64,000 nucleotides of DNA, taken from NCBI GenBank assembly GCA_963745035.1, contig CAVUVW010000014.1:608001-672000 (forward strand), given 5' to 3'. Below, one piece after another: positions 29,471 through 40,675 of this stretch. Each line of letters begins with the position of its first letter. The first letter of the stretch is position 1. Origin of the DNA: an uncultured delta proteobacterium. GTDB lineage: Bacteria; Desulfobacterota; Binatia; UBA9968. The translations under genes and the position numbers were made by a program. A model generated the notes under the pieces. The model did not search any database. It was given only the letters and a program-made list of their open reading frames with translations, and was not told where the DNA came from.

Positions 29471-30901
29471 ATGGCACAGGATACAAACGCGACGAAAGCG
29501 GTGGGTCTTGCAATGGAGGTCGCCAATGCGGACACGGTGTATCGAGACTTCTATCTTAGGCGGGCGAGACAGCTTTTGAGCCCCACGCTGGATGAATCCG
29601 CCTACCGATCGATCGGCTCGACGGAAACGGAAATAGAAGAGGTCCTGCGCCGCAGCCGAACTGCGGTGCTCCAGCGCGACTGGGGGCATGCCGCCGAGCT
29701 GTCGGGACAGATCGACAGCATGCGCCAGCGGTTAGCGAAGATGGGCAAACTTGCCGCAATCGGGAAAGACGTGTATGAGGCTGAACCAATTGTCTTTGAC
29801 CCATTTTCACCGGGAAAACACTTGGGGCCGAATGCACAGGCGTCTCAAGCAAGCCAGCGCACGCACGCGATGGATGCGCTCGCGTCGCTGGCCAAACTGG
29901 ACGGCGGCGCGAAGCCATTTTATGAGAAGCGGCGCAGTTATTTTTCCGGACTGGAAGTGAAGACTGCGGCGGTTTCGCAAAAGGGCGCGCAGCGCGACCG
30001 GGCGCAAGCGGAGAAGCTCGCGATGGAAGCCGCCGAGCGCGGCGACACTGCGGCGCTACAGCGGCTGGCGAAAGAATTGCGCGACTGGAAAGAGAGCAAA
30101 ACCGCCGTGACGAGCGGAAGCGCGCCGGTTACGTCAGGTCGCTACGAATCTCCCATCGATCTCGCTGCGCCGTTCGCGCCGAAAGTGGTCGAACGGGCTC
30201 GGGCTTTTGGCCTTGCGGAGGCGCGGACCGCGCCTTATGCCGAATTCGCAAAGGCGCGCGAAATTATCTATATGCATGTCGACCAGCCTCTTCCGGCCCG
30301 TCCGGATATGGAGCGTGAAGGCGTGCTGCATGCCAGGACCATGGCCGAGAAAGAGCTTCCGGTCGGGTTCGACTCCGAAGAGCCTCGAATTCTGGCGGGT
30401 CAGTTCATTCAGCAGATCTTTGTCAATTCGGGAGGAGCGCGCTACCTTCCTCCGCTCGCCAACGAAACGGTGCTGGTGGAGGACTTCGACGAAAATGAAT
30501 CGGCGGCTGACGCGCCGTCAAATCTGCTGGCGGCGTTGGGGCTGGCGAAGCACAGCGGCCTTTCCCGCCTGGAGATCGAGGCTGCGCTCATGCGCGCCGG
30601 TGCGGAAATTCTTGAGAATAGCCTGGGCTTGGATCCCCTAGAGTTTCGCCTGGTCTGTATTCCCTACGATCTCTACGCGCGCTTCGGCCGGGAACGGGGC
30701 TTTGGAAAATGGCACCATTGGACGCATTTCGATGGGTACCAGGTCATGGCCGGCAACCGGCTGCGCGCTCTGGCCGGCGGCGACGGCCGGTTCGGCGGGC
30801 TCTACGATCTCGTCAGCATCAGTCCGAGCGATGGGCGGGAAGGCGTCTATGCACGCTTCGCGGTCGTGCGCCGCGCGCGTATGACCTTGCGCTGGCGATA
30901 A
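29471..30901 (+). CDS. Hypothetical protein, 476 aa, soluble
   Basis: Long ORF with AAGGAGG RBS; no family recognised. Confidence 0.8.
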   Translation: MAQDTNATKAVGLAMEVANADTVYRDFYLRRARQLLSPTLDESAYRSIGSTETEIEEVLRRSRTAVLQRDWGHAAELSGQIDSMRQRLAKMGKLAAIGKDVYEAEPIVFDPFSPGKHLGPNAQASQASQRTHAMDALASLAKLDGGAKPFYEKRRSYFSGLEVKTAAVSQKGAQRDRAQAEKLAMEAAERGDTAALQRLAKELRDWKESKTAVTSGSAPVTSGRYESPIDLAAPFAPKVVERARAFGLAEARTAPYAEFAKAREIIYMHVDQPLPARPDMEREGVLHARTMAEKELPVGFDSEEPRILAGQFIQQIFVNSGGARYLPPLANETVLVEDFDENESAADAPSNLLAALGLAKHSGLSRLEIEAALMRAGAEILENSLGLDPLEFRLVCIPYDLYARFGRERGFGKWHHWTHFDGYQVMAGNRLRALAGGDGRFGGLYDLVSISPSDGREGVYARFAVVRRARMTLRWR

Positions 30902-31106
30902 TCGGACCGAGCGCGCGCGGTTTCAGGTTCAGGTTCAGAAGAAATCGGCAGACCTGGAAAAATGAAAGACTGAATTAATCGTTCCATCCTTCCATCTGGC
31001 GATAGAAGTAATAAGACTAAAAGCTGAAACTCGACGCTGAACCGGAAACCGGAAAGCAAGATTTCTTAGCGCTCGAGAGTCCGGTGCTTTATTCCATGGA
31101 GAACCT

Positions 31107-33626
31107 ATGACAGCCATCAAGGACAATCTGTCCGAGGCCTTCGCTGGAAATCGTCAGCAAAACATTCGCACCGGACTCGCGGCGGATGCCATCGCCGAGG
31201 CGCTGATCGACAACTTGCACTATCTCCAAGCCAAACTGCCGAAACACGCCACGCGCAACGACTGGTATATGGCGTTGGCCTTCACGGTTCGTGACCGCAT
31301 GCTCGACCGCTATATCAAAACTGTGGAAGCGATTGCCCGCGCCGACATACCGGTCAAGGCTGTTGCTTATCTCTCGGCGGAATTTTTGACTGGACCTCAT
31401 CTCGGCAACAGCCTGATCAATCTCGGTATCTGGCATGCGACAGAAAAGGCAGTCGCCCAAGTCGGCCAGAATCTTGGCGAGCTTCTCGAGCAGGAAGAAG
31501 AGCCGGGTTTGGGCAACGGCGGCCTAGGCCGCTTGGCCGCTTGCTACATGGATTCGCTGGCGACGCTCAACGTTCCGGCGATCGGTTACGGCATCCGTTA
31601 CGAGTTCGGCATCTTCGACCAAGCGATTCGCGACGGCTGGCAAGTGGAACTGACCGACAAGTGGCTGCGCTTCGGCAACCCGTGGGAGATCGTGCGTTCG
31701 GAAATCGCCTTCGAGGTGAAGTTCGGCGGTTGCACCGAAAGCTATTGTGACGAACAGGGCCGCTATCGCGTCCGATGGATTCCGGAAAAAGTTGTCAAAG
31801 GCGTCGCCTACGACACTCCCGTGCCCGGCTATCAGGTTCCGACTACGAACCTGCTGCGACTGTGGAAGGCGGAAGCCGCCGAATCGTTCGATTTCGAAGC
31901 ATTCAACGTCGGTGATTACTATGGCGCGGTGGACGAAAAGATCCTATCGGAAACTATCTCCAAGGTTCTCTATCCCAATGACGAGCCCGAAGCGGGCAAG
32001 CGACTGCGCCTTGCGCAGCAGTATTTTTTCGTCTCCTGCTCGCTGCAGGACATGATTCGTTTGCACTTGATACAGGGAAAAAATCTCGACGAGTTCGATT
32101 CCTGTTGGGCGGCTCAGTTGAACGACACCCATCCCTCGATTGCGGTTGCGGAATTGATGCGGCTTCTGGTCGACGAGCACGTGATGGATTGGGATCGAGC
32201 CTGGACAATTACCCAGCGGACTTGCGGCTATACCAACCATACGCTGCTTTCCGAGGCCCTGGAGAAATGGCCGCTGGCGCTTTTCGCCAAGCTTCTGCCG
32301 CGTCATCTGGAGATCATTTATGAAATCAACCGCCGTTTCCTCGATGAGTTGCGATCGCGTTATCGAGCCGACGATGAGCTTCTCCGGAGTCTTTCGCTGA
32401 TCGATGAAGCGGGAGAAAAATATGTGCGCATGGCGCATCTTGCCAGCGTCGGCAGTCACGCGATCAATGGAGTCGCGGCGCTCCACACCGAGCTGCTCAA
32501 ACAGACCGTGCTGCGCGATTTCTACGCAGTCGCGCCGGAAAAATTTTTTAACGTGACCAATGGCGTAACGCCGAGACGCTGGATCGTGCTCAGCAATCCG
32601 AAGCTGAGCGCGCTGATCACCAGTAAAATCGGCGATCAGTGGATTGCGGATCTTGAAGAAGAGCTGGAACGCATCGAGCCGTTCGCCGTCGATCCCGCTT
32701 TTCAGCGCGAGTGGCAAGCGATCAAGGCCGAGAACAAGTGCGCCTTGGCCGGCTTTATCAAGGAGCGGGCGGGCATCGTTGTCGATCCCCAGTCGCTCTT
32801 CGATATTCAGGTAAAGCGCTTGCACGAGTATAAACGGCAGCATTTGAACGTACTCTACGCGATCACTCTTTATAACCAGCTCAAGCGCAGTTCCGGAGCG
32901 GCGGCCACGCCCCGGACGGTGATCTTCGGCGGCAAAGCGGCTCCCGGATACCGCATGGCCAAGCTGATCATCAAGCTGATCAACTCAGTTGCCGCGGTCA
33001 TCAATCAAGATCCAATAGCTTCTCAGGTCCTCAAGGTGGTCTTCCTGCCAGACTTCAACGTCAAAAACAGTCAGCGCGTCTATCCTGCCGCCGATCTTTC
33101 CGAACAGATCTCCACCGCAGGGAAGGAGGCTTCGGGCACGGGCAATATGAAATTTGCCATGAACGGTGCCTTGACGATCGGCACGTTGGACGGCGCCAAC
33201 GTTGAAATCCGCGACGCCGTGGGCCATGAAAATTTCTTTTTCTTCGGTCTTGACGGCGGAAGAAGTTGCAAAGCGCAAGACCGAGCGGCTACAGCCCGCG
33301 CGATCATTTATGAAGCCAACCCAGCTCTCCGCGAGGCCATCGACCTGATCGATTCGGGATTTTTCTCCAACGGCGACCGCGAGCTTTTTCGCCCGCTTGT
33401 GGAATCGCTGCTCAATCGCGACGACTACATGCTCTTCGCCGACTATCAGGCCTACGTGGACTGCCAGCAGCGAGTGAGCGAAGCGTACCGAGATCAGAAA
33501 AACTGGACGCGCATGTCGATCCTCAACAGCGCGCGCGTCGGCCGCTTCTCTTCGGATCGCTCGGTGCGCGAATATTGCCGCGACATCTGGAATGTAAGCC
33601 CGATCACAACAACAGAGGAGAAATAA
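31107..33626 (+). CDS. glgP: Glycogen/alpha-glucan phosphorylase (probable compensating frameshifts near 33240-33300)
   Basis: GLGNGGLGRLAAC, QLNDTHP, KRLHEYKRQ and EASGTGNMK (PLP lysine). Confidence 0.96.
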   Translation: MTAIKDNLSEAFAGNRQQNIRTGLAADAIAEALIDNLHYLQAKLPKHATRNDWYMALAFTVRDRMLDRYIKTVEAIARADIPVKAVAYLSAEFLTGPHLGNSLINLGIWHATEKAVAQVGQNLGELLEQEEEPGLGNGGLGRLAACYMDSLATLNVPAIGYGIRYEFGIFDQAIRDGWQVELTDKWLRFGNPWEIVRSEIAFEVKFGGCTESYCDEQGRYRVRWIPEKVVKGVAYDTPVPGYQVPTTNLLRLWKAEAAESFDFEAFNVGDYYGAVDEKILSETISKVLYPNDEPEAGKRLRLAQQYFFVSCSLQDMIRLHLIQGKNLDEFDSCWAAQLNDTHPSIAVAELMRLLVDEHVMDWDRAWTITQRTCGYTNHTLLSEALEKWPLALFAKLLPRHLEIIYEINRRFLDELRSRYRADDELLRSLSLIDEAGEKYVRMAHLASVGSHAINGVAALHTELLKQTVLRDFYAVAPEKFFNVTNGVTPRRWIVLSNPKLSALITSKIGDQWIADLEEELERIEPFAVDPAFQREWQAIKAENKCALAGFIKERAGIVVDPQSLFDIQVKRLHEYKRQHLNVLYAITLYNQLKRSSGAAATPRTVIFGGKAAPGYRMAKLIIKLINSVAAVINQDPIASQVLKVVFLPDFNVKNSQRVYPAADLSEQISTAGKEASGTGNMKFAMNGALTIGTLDGANVEIRDAVGHENFFFFGLDGGRSCKAQDRAATARAIIYEANPALREAIDLIDSGFFSNGDRELFRPLVESLLNRDDYMLFADYQAYVDCQQRVSEAYRDQKNWTRMSILNSARVGRFSSDRSVREYCRDIWNVSPITTTEEK

Positions 33627-33649
33627 AGATAGGGCTCAGCGGTATTCAT

Positions 33650-33752
33650 CTCTCGCAAAGACGCAAAGAATGGAGATTAAAGGTGCCAAACCAATTGTAA
33701 GAGATTTTGTTGTTCTCCTCTTAAACTTGGCGTCTTTGCGCCTTGGCGAGAG
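33650..33752. repeat. Palindromic intergenic element with CGCAAAG/CGCCAAG-type arms
   Basis: CTCTCGCAAAGACGCAAAGA (33650-33669) pairs 18 of 20 with TCTTTGCGCCTTGGCGAGAG (33733-33752); AT-rich interior. Confidence 0.7.
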
Positions 33753-33820
33753 GTATTTTCGTATTTCCGGTTCATGTCGCGCGTGGTGAGTTTGGACTTC
33801 GTGCTGACTGGAGAACTTCA

Positions 33821-33982
33821 ATGAACGGCTCTGCGGTCAAAACAGGCTCGAGCGCTCCGCTCCGCGCTACTGTTTATCCGAGCGGTGTCAACTTTAGTAT
33901 TTTCTCGAAGAACTCCACCTCGATCGAACTTTTGCTGTTCGATGATGAGAGCGCCGCATGACCGGCAAGGGTCATCGCCTGA
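33821..33982 (+). pseudogene. N-terminal remnant of a glycogen debranching enzyme (GlgX-like)
   Basis: [39 protein letters not shown] matches the GlgX N-terminal domain; the rest is missing. Confidence 0.75.
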
Positions 33983-34001
33983 AGAAAAAAAGGAGGGCGA
34001 A

Positions 34002-36389
34002 ATGAGCCTATTACCGAATGAAATGAAAAGTCCGTTAACCAGTAAAGAGCTGGAACTGATGAACGCCTATTGGCGAGCGTGTAATTACCTTTCCGTGGGC
34101 ATGATCTATCTGAAGGACAATCCACTGCTCAAAGAGCCCTTGAAGACAGAACATGTAAAGCACCGGTTACTCGGCCACTGGGGCACGAGCCCGGCGCTTT
34201 CCTTTGTGTGGGTTCACTTAAATCGGATGATTGTCAAAGAGGATCTTGACATGATTTTCGTGGCCGGCCCGGGCCACGGCGCGCCCGGGGTGTTAGGGCC
34301 GGCCTATCTCGAAGGCACTTATTCCGAGATCTATACGGACAAAAGCGAGGACGCGGAAGGAATGCAGAAGTTTTTCAAACAGTTCTCCTTTCCCGGCCAT
34401 ATCGGAAGCCATGTCACTCCCGAAACTCCTGGCTCCATCCACGAGGGCGGCGAGCTCGGTTACAGTCTCTCGCACGCCTACGGCATGGTGCTCGACAGCC
34501 CCGATCTCATCGTCGCCTGTGTGGTCGGCGATGGTGAGGCGGAGACCGGGCCGCTCGCGACGGCGTGGCACTCCAACAAATTCATCAACCCCGTTCGAGA
34601 CGGCGCAGTACTGCCGATCCTAAATTTGAACGGCTACAAGATTGCCAATCCAACTATTCTTGCAAGGATCAGCCACGAAGAGCTTGAGGCGCTGTTTGTC
34701 GGCTATGGTTACAAGCCGTATTTCGTCGAAGGCGATGATCCTACGCAGATGCACCAAAAAATGGCCGCCACGTTGGAAGAGGCCATCGGCGAGATCCGCG
34801 CGCAGCAGAAAAGCGCGCGCGAATCGAAAAACCCCGTCCGTCCGCGCTGGCCGATGATTGTGCTGCGATCACCCAAAGGTTGGACCGGGCCGAAGGATAT
34901 CGGGGGTCACAAGGTGGAAGGCTTCTGGCGCTCGCACCAGGTGCCGTTTTCCGACGTGCGGGACAACCCCGCGAACTTAAAACTTCTCGAAGACTGGATG
35001 CGCAGCTACAAACCCGAGGAGTTGTTCGATGCAGGCGGCAAACTTAAGCCCGAACTCAAGGCGCTGGCGCCCAAGGGCAATCGGCGCATGAGCGCCAACC
35101 CGCGCGCCAACGGCGGGCTCCTGCGCAAAGAACTCAAGCTTCCCGATTTCCGCACTTATGCCGTCGAGGTTCCGACCCGCGGCACGATCGAATACGAGAA
35201 TACGAAACCACTCGGCGAATTTCTGCGCGACGTGATGAAGCAGAACATGACCAACTTCCGCGTTTTCGGCCCCGACGAGACTGCCTCCAACCGGCTCCAG
35301 GCGGTTTACGGCGCAAGCAAGAAAACCTGGATGGCAGAAATGCTGCCGGAAGACGCCGATGGCGGCGAGTTATCGCGCGACGGCCGCGTCATGGAGATGC
35401 TTTCCGAGCACACCCTGCTGGGCTGGTTGGAGGGATATCTGCTCACCGGGCGGCACGGATTTTTTCACACCTACGAAGCCTTTTCCCACGTCATCGATTC
35501 CATGTTCAACCAGCACGCCAAGTGGCTCGACATCTGCAAGAACCACGTGCCCTGGCGCGCCTCGGTCGCCTCCGAGAACATCCTGCTATCGTCCACCGTC
35601 TGGCGTCAGGACCACAATGGCTTTTCGCATCAGGACCCCGGTTTCATCGACCTGGTCACCAACAAAAGCGCAAGTGTGACGCGAGTCTATTTGCCGCCTG
35701 ACGCCAATACGCTGTTGTCCGTTGCAGATCATTGCCTGCGGTCAACCGACTACATCAACGTCATCGTGGCCGATAAACAGAAACATCTGCAATTCACCAC
35801 CATCGATGAGGCGGTCGTGCATTGCGCCAAGGGCGTCGGCATATGGGCGCGAGCGAGCACCGATGCGGGCGAGGAGCCCGATGTGGTTTTAGCTTCCTGC
35901 GGCGACATCGCCACGATGGAGGCCTTGGCGGCGGCCGCGATCTTGCGCGAGCGTGCGGCGGATCTGAAGCTCCGCTTCGTCAACGTCGTGGATCTATTCA
36001 AGCTACAGCCGTCGTCCGAGCATCCGCACGGCTCCAGCGAGCGCGAGTTCGACAGCCTGTTCACCACCGACAAGCCGATCATCTTCAACTTCCATGGTTA
36101 TCCCTGGCTGATTCACAAACTCTCCTACCGTTTCAAAGGGCACGACAACCTGCACGTGCGCGGCTACAAGGAAAGAGGCAATATCAACACGCCGCTCGAG
36201 CTTGCGATGCTGAACGAAACTTCCCGGTTTCACTTGGTAATCGACGTGATCGATCGGGTGCCAAAGCTGCGCACCAAAGCGGCGCATTTAAAAGAGGAGA
36301 TGAAGAACGCGATCATCGACAATATGCGCTATGCGCATGAGCACGGCACCGATCGGCCGGAGATTGCCAACTGGACTTGGCCGTATTAG
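34002..36389 (+). CDS. xfp: Xylulose-5-phosphate/fructose-6-phosphate phosphoketolase
   Basis: [53 protein letters not shown]; AGGAGG RBS before ATG at 34002. Confidence 0.96.
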   Translation: MSLLPNEMKSPLTSKELELMNAYWRACNYLSVGMIYLKDNPLLKEPLKTEHVKHRLLGHWGTSPALSFVWVHLNRMIVKEDLDMIFVAGPGHGAPGVLGPAYLEGTYSEIYTDKSEDAEGMQKFFKQFSFPGHIGSHVTPETPGSIHEGGELGYSLSHAYGMVLDSPDLIVACVVGDGEAETGPLATAWHSNKFINPVRDGAVLPILNLNGYKIANPTILARISHEELEALFVGYGYKPYFVEGDDPTQMHQKMAATLEEAIGEIRAQQKSARESKNPVRPRWPMIVLRSPKGWTGPKDIGGHKVEGFWRSHQVPFSDVRDNPANLKLLEDWMRSYKPEELFDAGGKLKPELKALAPKGNRRMSANPRANGGLLRKELKLPDFRTYAVEVPTRGTIEYENTKPLGEFLRDVMKQNMTNFRVFGPDETASNRLQAVYGASKKTWMAEMLPEDADGGELSRDGRVMEMLSEHTLLGWLEGYLLTGRHGFFHTYEAFSHVIDSMFNQHAKWLDICKNHVPWRASVASENILLSSTVWRQDHNGFSHQDPGFIDLVTNKSASVTRVYLPPDANTLLSVADHCLRSTDYINVIVADKQKHLQFTTIDEAVVHCAKGVGIWARASTDAGEEPDVVLASCGDIATMEALAAAAILRERAADLKLRFVNVVDLFKLQPSSEHPHGSSEREFDSLFTTDKPIIFNFHGYPWLIHKLSYRFKGHDNLHVRGYKERGNINTPLELAMLNETSRFHLVIDVIDRVPKLRTKAAHLKEEMKNAIIDNMRYAHEHGTDRPEIANWTWPY

Positions 36390-36505
36390 GAATGCGGAGT
36401 TCGAAATGATCGTGTTGTCGGCGCCCCTCGCGGCCTTCCCGGCGCCGACCGGTTGCGCGTCCGGTGTCGAAGCAGCCGGAAACTCGACTACGGGAGAACC
36501 TGACC

Positions 36506-37882
36506 ATGAATCCTGAACAGGCAGACGCGCTGGTGTTTTTCGGAGCCACCGGCGATCTCGCGCACAAGAAAATATTTCCCGCCCTTCAAGCGCTCGCCCA
36601 AAAGGGCAATCTCGAGATGCCGGTCATCGGCGTGGCGAAAGCCGGCTGGACGCTCGAGCAACTGAAGGCGCGCGCCAAGGACAGCGTCGAGCGGTACGGC
36701 GGGCTCAAGCCGGACGGTTTTGCCCGCCTGAGCGGCAGCTTGAGGTACATTGACGGCGACTACGGCGATGCGGCGACTTTCCAGCTGCTGCGCCACCAAC
36801 TGGGCGGGGCGCGGCATCCGCTTCACTATCTTGCCATCCCGCCAAACTTGTTTTCGACCGTGATTCGCCATCTCGGGGAATCGGGTTGTGCCTCGGGCGG
36901 CCGCGTTGTCATCGAGAAGCCTTTCGGGCACGATCTCGCGTCGGCGCGGACGCTGAGCGCCGCGGTGCACGACAGCTTCCGCGAAGCAGACGTGTTTCGC
37001 ATCGATCATTATCTGGGCAAGAACACGGTCCAGAACCTGCTTTTTTTCCGCTTCGCCAACTCGTTCCTCGAGCCGCTTTGGAATCGGCAGTTTATCGAAA
37101 GCGTCCAGATCACCATGGCGGAAGACTTCGGCGTCGAGGGACGCGGCAAGTTTTACGATGAAACGGGCGCGCTGCGCGATGTCGTGCAGAACCACCTGTT
37201 GCAAGTTCTTTCGAACATCGCCATGGAGCCGCCGCCGGGCCTGGATAGCGAAATGCTGCGCGACGAAAAGGCGAAAGTGCTGAAAGGGATTCGGGCGCTC
37301 GAGCCGCGCGATGTGGTATGCGGCCAGTTTCGCGGGTATCGCGACGAGCCAGGCGTCGGCGTGGACTCGCGGGTCGAGACCTTCGTGGCGCTCAGGCTGG
37401 AAATCAACTCCTGGCGCTGGAAGGGTGTGCCGTTTTACATCCGCGCGGGGAAGCGCCTGCCGGTCACAGCCACCGAAGTCATCGTGAAGCTGCGGCAACC
37501 GCCGGCGGTCTTTTCGCCGCTACCGCCGCCGCCCAACTACTTCCGCTTCCGCGTGACGCCGAATCTGGTGATCGCAATCGGCGCATCGGTCAAAAAGGCG
37601 GGTGATCGGGCCGAAGGGCAACGGGTGGAGCTCGTGATCAGCGAGGAATCCGATCCTGCGGAGATGGGCGCCTACGAGGAGCTTTTATTCGACGCCATGC
37701 GGGGAAATCCGGCGCGTTTTGCGCGTCAAGACTATGACGAGGAGGCCTGGCGCATCGTTGATCCGATCTTGGGCCAACTCGTTTCGGTTTTCGACTACGA
37801 CCCTGGAACCTGGGGACCACTCCAGGCGGACGCTCTGGTCGCACCCGACGGCGGATGGTTCGATCCTGCGGCGGGTCGATAA
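36506..37882 (+). CDS. zwf: Glucose-6-phosphate 1-dehydrogenase
   Basis: [27 protein letters not shown]. Confidence 0.96.
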   Translation: MNPEQADALVFFGATGDLAHKKIFPALQALAQKGNLEMPVIGVAKAGWTLEQLKARAKDSVERYGGLKPDGFARLSGSLRYIDGDYGDAATFQLLRHQLGGARHPLHYLAIPPNLFSTVIRHLGESGCASGGRVVIEKPFGHDLASARTLSAAVHDSFREADVFRIDHYLGKNTVQNLLFFRFANSFLEPLWNRQFIESVQITMAEDFGVEGRGKFYDETGALRDVVQNHLLQVLSNIAMEPPPGLDSEMLRDEKAKVLKGIRALEPRDVVCGQFRGYRDEPGVGVDSRVETFVALRLEINSWRWKGVPFYIRAGKRLPVTATEVIVKLRQPPAVFSPLPPPPNYFRFRVTPNLVIAIGASVKKAGDRAEGQRVELVISEESDPAEMGAYEELLFDAMRGNPARFARQDYDEEAWRIVDPILGQLVSVFDYDPGTWGPLQADALVAPDGGWFDPAAGR

Positions 37883-38022
37883 TCGCAAGCGGCAGCCGGT
37901 TAGAAGTAGCGCCGACTGCGATCCGCAGCGAGCTCTTGAACATGCTTGGCGAGGAAGGTGCTAGACTAAACGGCGTTACTTCTTCAAGGTTGATTGGCGC
38001 GTCTTGTGCTCGGTTTGATTCG

Positions 38023-38050
38023 GGTATATTGGACCAAAGTCCAATATACC
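38023..38050 (+). promoter_or_regulatory. Palindromic operator, copy 2 (12-bp perfect arms)
   Basis: GGTATATTGGAC-CAAA-GTCCAATATACC; TAGAAA 21 nt after GTCCAATA. Confidence 0.85.
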
Positions 38051-38382
38051 AGGTTTGGACGGTGCGCTAGAAAAATTTATCCGGACTATGAAGATATGCG
38101 GCGGCCGCGTCAAGGCGTGCCTATGAACAGCGGGATCATCGATGTCACTTAACAAAAGCGCTTGACCGACGCGCGCGAGGCATTGCGAAATTGCCAAAAA
38201 TTCAGATATGTTTGGCGCACAGTTGGAAGAGCGTGGGGCACAGCAGCGTGTTGATCGCTGCTATTTCCGGCATTGATGTTGCGCCGAACGCAGCTGTTGC
38301 GCGAGAGTGACGCTCTTTCATCTTCGAAGACCCCAAACGGTGTAGTGCAAGAGTCGCCATGCGAAGCGACAAGGGGGAAACG

Positions 38383-39529
38383 ATGAGCTCAACAAAAAAC
38401 GCGTGCGGGTTGCCTCTCGTCCTTTTGCTCGGGGGTTGCGCCACCGTTTCGGGGAGTTACCCTTTCCTCAACCCTACTCAGCCTACTTCCCTCTTTGGCG
38501 CTCTGACCCCCTCCACCAGCGCCTCGGTCCAGGGGCCGACGAGTTCTCAGCGCAGTTCATACGCGTGGGAAAAGGCAATGGAAGGCATGGTGATGGGCGC
38601 CGCCATGGGCGGGATTTATGGCGCCGGCGGCGGATTGGTGCTCGGCCTGCTCACCGGTCTTTTTACCGCCGACTCGCATTACACTCAGCGCAACACGCAA
38701 ATCTCGTCAGAACAGGAAAAAGATAAGCTGCTCGAAGCGAAGATCGAACAGGAGCTGGAACGACACAGACAGCTCGAGGCGCAGCTGGTCAATCCCGCCG
38801 TCGGATCAAAGTCGGCAAACCCAAGCGGGACCATCGCCACGCTCCGGAGAGTTGGCTTCTCCGGTGCTCACCCCCGTCGCCTCGACCTCGCCCAATCGCG
38901 TCGCTTCCTTGAGTCGGGCCGAAGCCCCTGCCCAGTCGCCAAGTAGGCCGTTTAAAAACGTCGAGGTCAAAGACATGAACGGCGACGGCATACCCGACCT
39001 GTGGATATATTACAGCCCCGCAAAGCCTGGCGAGATCGTTCGGCAGGAAGAAGCAACGCACGGAGATGGCAGAGTCGACACCTGGAGCTATTTCAGAGAC
39101 GGCAAACTGGTGCGTCGGGAGATCGATAGCCGAGGCAAGGGTGTGGCAGACACGGTCTACTTTTATGAAAACGATCAGTTGGTCCGGGAGGATCGTGATG
39201 AACTCGGCACAGGCCACGCTAACTTCCGTGCCTTTTACCAAGGTGGTCGCCTTGCGAAGGTGGAGAAAAATAGTAATGGCAGCGGCAGGACAGATCGGTG
39301 GATCTACTACGATACCAGCCAAAACGGCGAGATCGTACTAAGGGAAGAACAGGACCTGAACGGCGACGGCATCATCGATGTGTGGTCCCACTACGAAAAT
39401 GGACGTCTCGCGCGGCGCGATTTAAACGCCGTTGGACTGGAAGTGCTCTCTCAGAAGGATCAGCCTCCCCCTTCTCATGCCGTTCCCAAACAGACTTACC
39501 AACCTAAGCCTCCAGGCAACAGAGGCTGA
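38383..39529 (+). CDS. Lipoprotein with glycine zipper, coiled coil and repeated DxNGDG/DxWxYY units (frameshift near 38800)
   Basis: LLGGC lipobox; GMVMGAAMGGIYGAGGG; second frame has DMNGDGIPDLWIYY, DGRVDTWSYF and DLNGDGIIDVWSHY. Confidence 0.65.
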
Positions 39530-39913
39530 CGAAAAACTCGGGGTTCCAAGAACAACTCCCACGCAAGCGCGTCACACATGGGAGTTGCCTCGAAACGTTC
39601 TCCTCATCAACCAAGCCTCGGCGCTTGAGACGCTGCAGGGGGTTCTCATTCTCGATGCTGCGCCACCCTCGTCAGGCGGCGCTGGCGATCAGCTGCCGGT
39701 GAATATGATTTTTTTATGAAGTTACGATTGTGTCACACGATCGTAACAAGACTCGGATACTGCGAGCTGAGGTTTGGAACAGGATTGGACAGGCGAGCCG
39801 AAAGGCGTGCGAAAGCGCGTACCACCCACCAAGCAACGGTTGTGCTCCGAGCTGGGCCCCCTCGGCTGGCACTGTTGAAACCGCGATCGACTCGAAATGG
39901 AAGCCGATCATGG

Positions 39914-39957
39914 CGAGGGTGACGAGGCTTCGGTCTACCGAAGCCTCGTCACCCTCG
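39914..39957. repeat. Perfect 21-bp inverted repeat
   Basis: CGAGGGTGACGAGGCTTCGGT-CT-ACCGAAGCCTCGTCACCCTCG. Confidence 0.85.
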
Positions 39958-40074
39958 TCCGTAGGACGTGAACGCCGCAGCCGTGCTCGACTCCAGCAAA
40001 CGTAAACCGTGATCGCTTCGCCCTTGCGTCGTTGATCGCGGCTACATGTCCGCTGGCCGGTGTTCATACCCCGC

Positions 40075-40482
40075 TCAGTCGTATCCCCAAACTTTGATGG
40101 TGGCCGTCGGTTTATTATCGAGGATCTTGTACTGGACCGCCACCGACGTGAGGGTCGCCTCGCGTCCTGGAGCGTCCTTCTCAGCCGTTTGTCCTCCCGA
40201 TTTCACGACTCCGACCTTCGTGATGGTGTCGTCCTTACGACCCTTCCAGCGGAGGACGACCTTCGTGATCTCCACGTCACCGCCCTCGACCGAGATCTTC
40301 ATCTTCTTGATGTCCTCCTTCCACATCTTCCCCGCTTCGGCCTTGATGTCCGTGTTTGGATCGGTGGCCTTGATCATCTTCTCGCTTAGCACAAACCACT
40401 CGTCAGCGCTGGCGCTGCCAAGGGCGACCAGCGAGAGGACCGATGCGAAGCCAACGGCCCTCCCTAGATATCCTATCTTCAT
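40075..40482 (-). CDS. Small secreted beta-rich protein (DUF2541/YaaI-like)
   Basis: Signal peptide ending ASA-D; CAGGAG RBS; lysine-rich mature domain. Confidence 0.7.
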   Translation of the reverse strand: MKIGYLGRAVGFASVLSLVALGSASADEWFVLSEKMIKATDPNTDIKAEAGKMWKEDIKKMKISVEGGDVEITKVVLRWKGRKDDTITKVGVVKSGGQTAEKDAPGREATLTSVAVQYKILDNKPTATIKVWGYD

Positions 40483-40493
40483 CGTTTCTCCTG

Positions 40494-40675
40494 TCCTTTC
40501 TGATCCCCGTTAGCCGGAGATCGTTGCGCCTACCGCTTGGTGCGAGTTATACAGCGGCGGGACTGTCTGTGGAATATTAAACAACCTTTATTGTTCCCCT
40601 CCTTTCTGATCCCCGTTCGCACGAGATCGCTATGCCTATCGCTTGATCGAGTTACATAGCGGTGGAGATATCTGT
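40494..40675 (-). repeat. Tandem imperfect duplication of a ~77-bp leader (40494-40570 and 40600-40675)
   Basis: Both copies read TCCTTTCTGATCCCCGTT..GAGATCG...GCCTA.CGCTTG...CGAGTTA.A.AGCGG.GG....TCTGT on the + strand. Confidence 0.75.

Noticed and set aside
39530-40070. ORFs in the gap between the convergent genes
   Set aside because: No recognisable motifs or RBS, and they run through the perfect hairpin.
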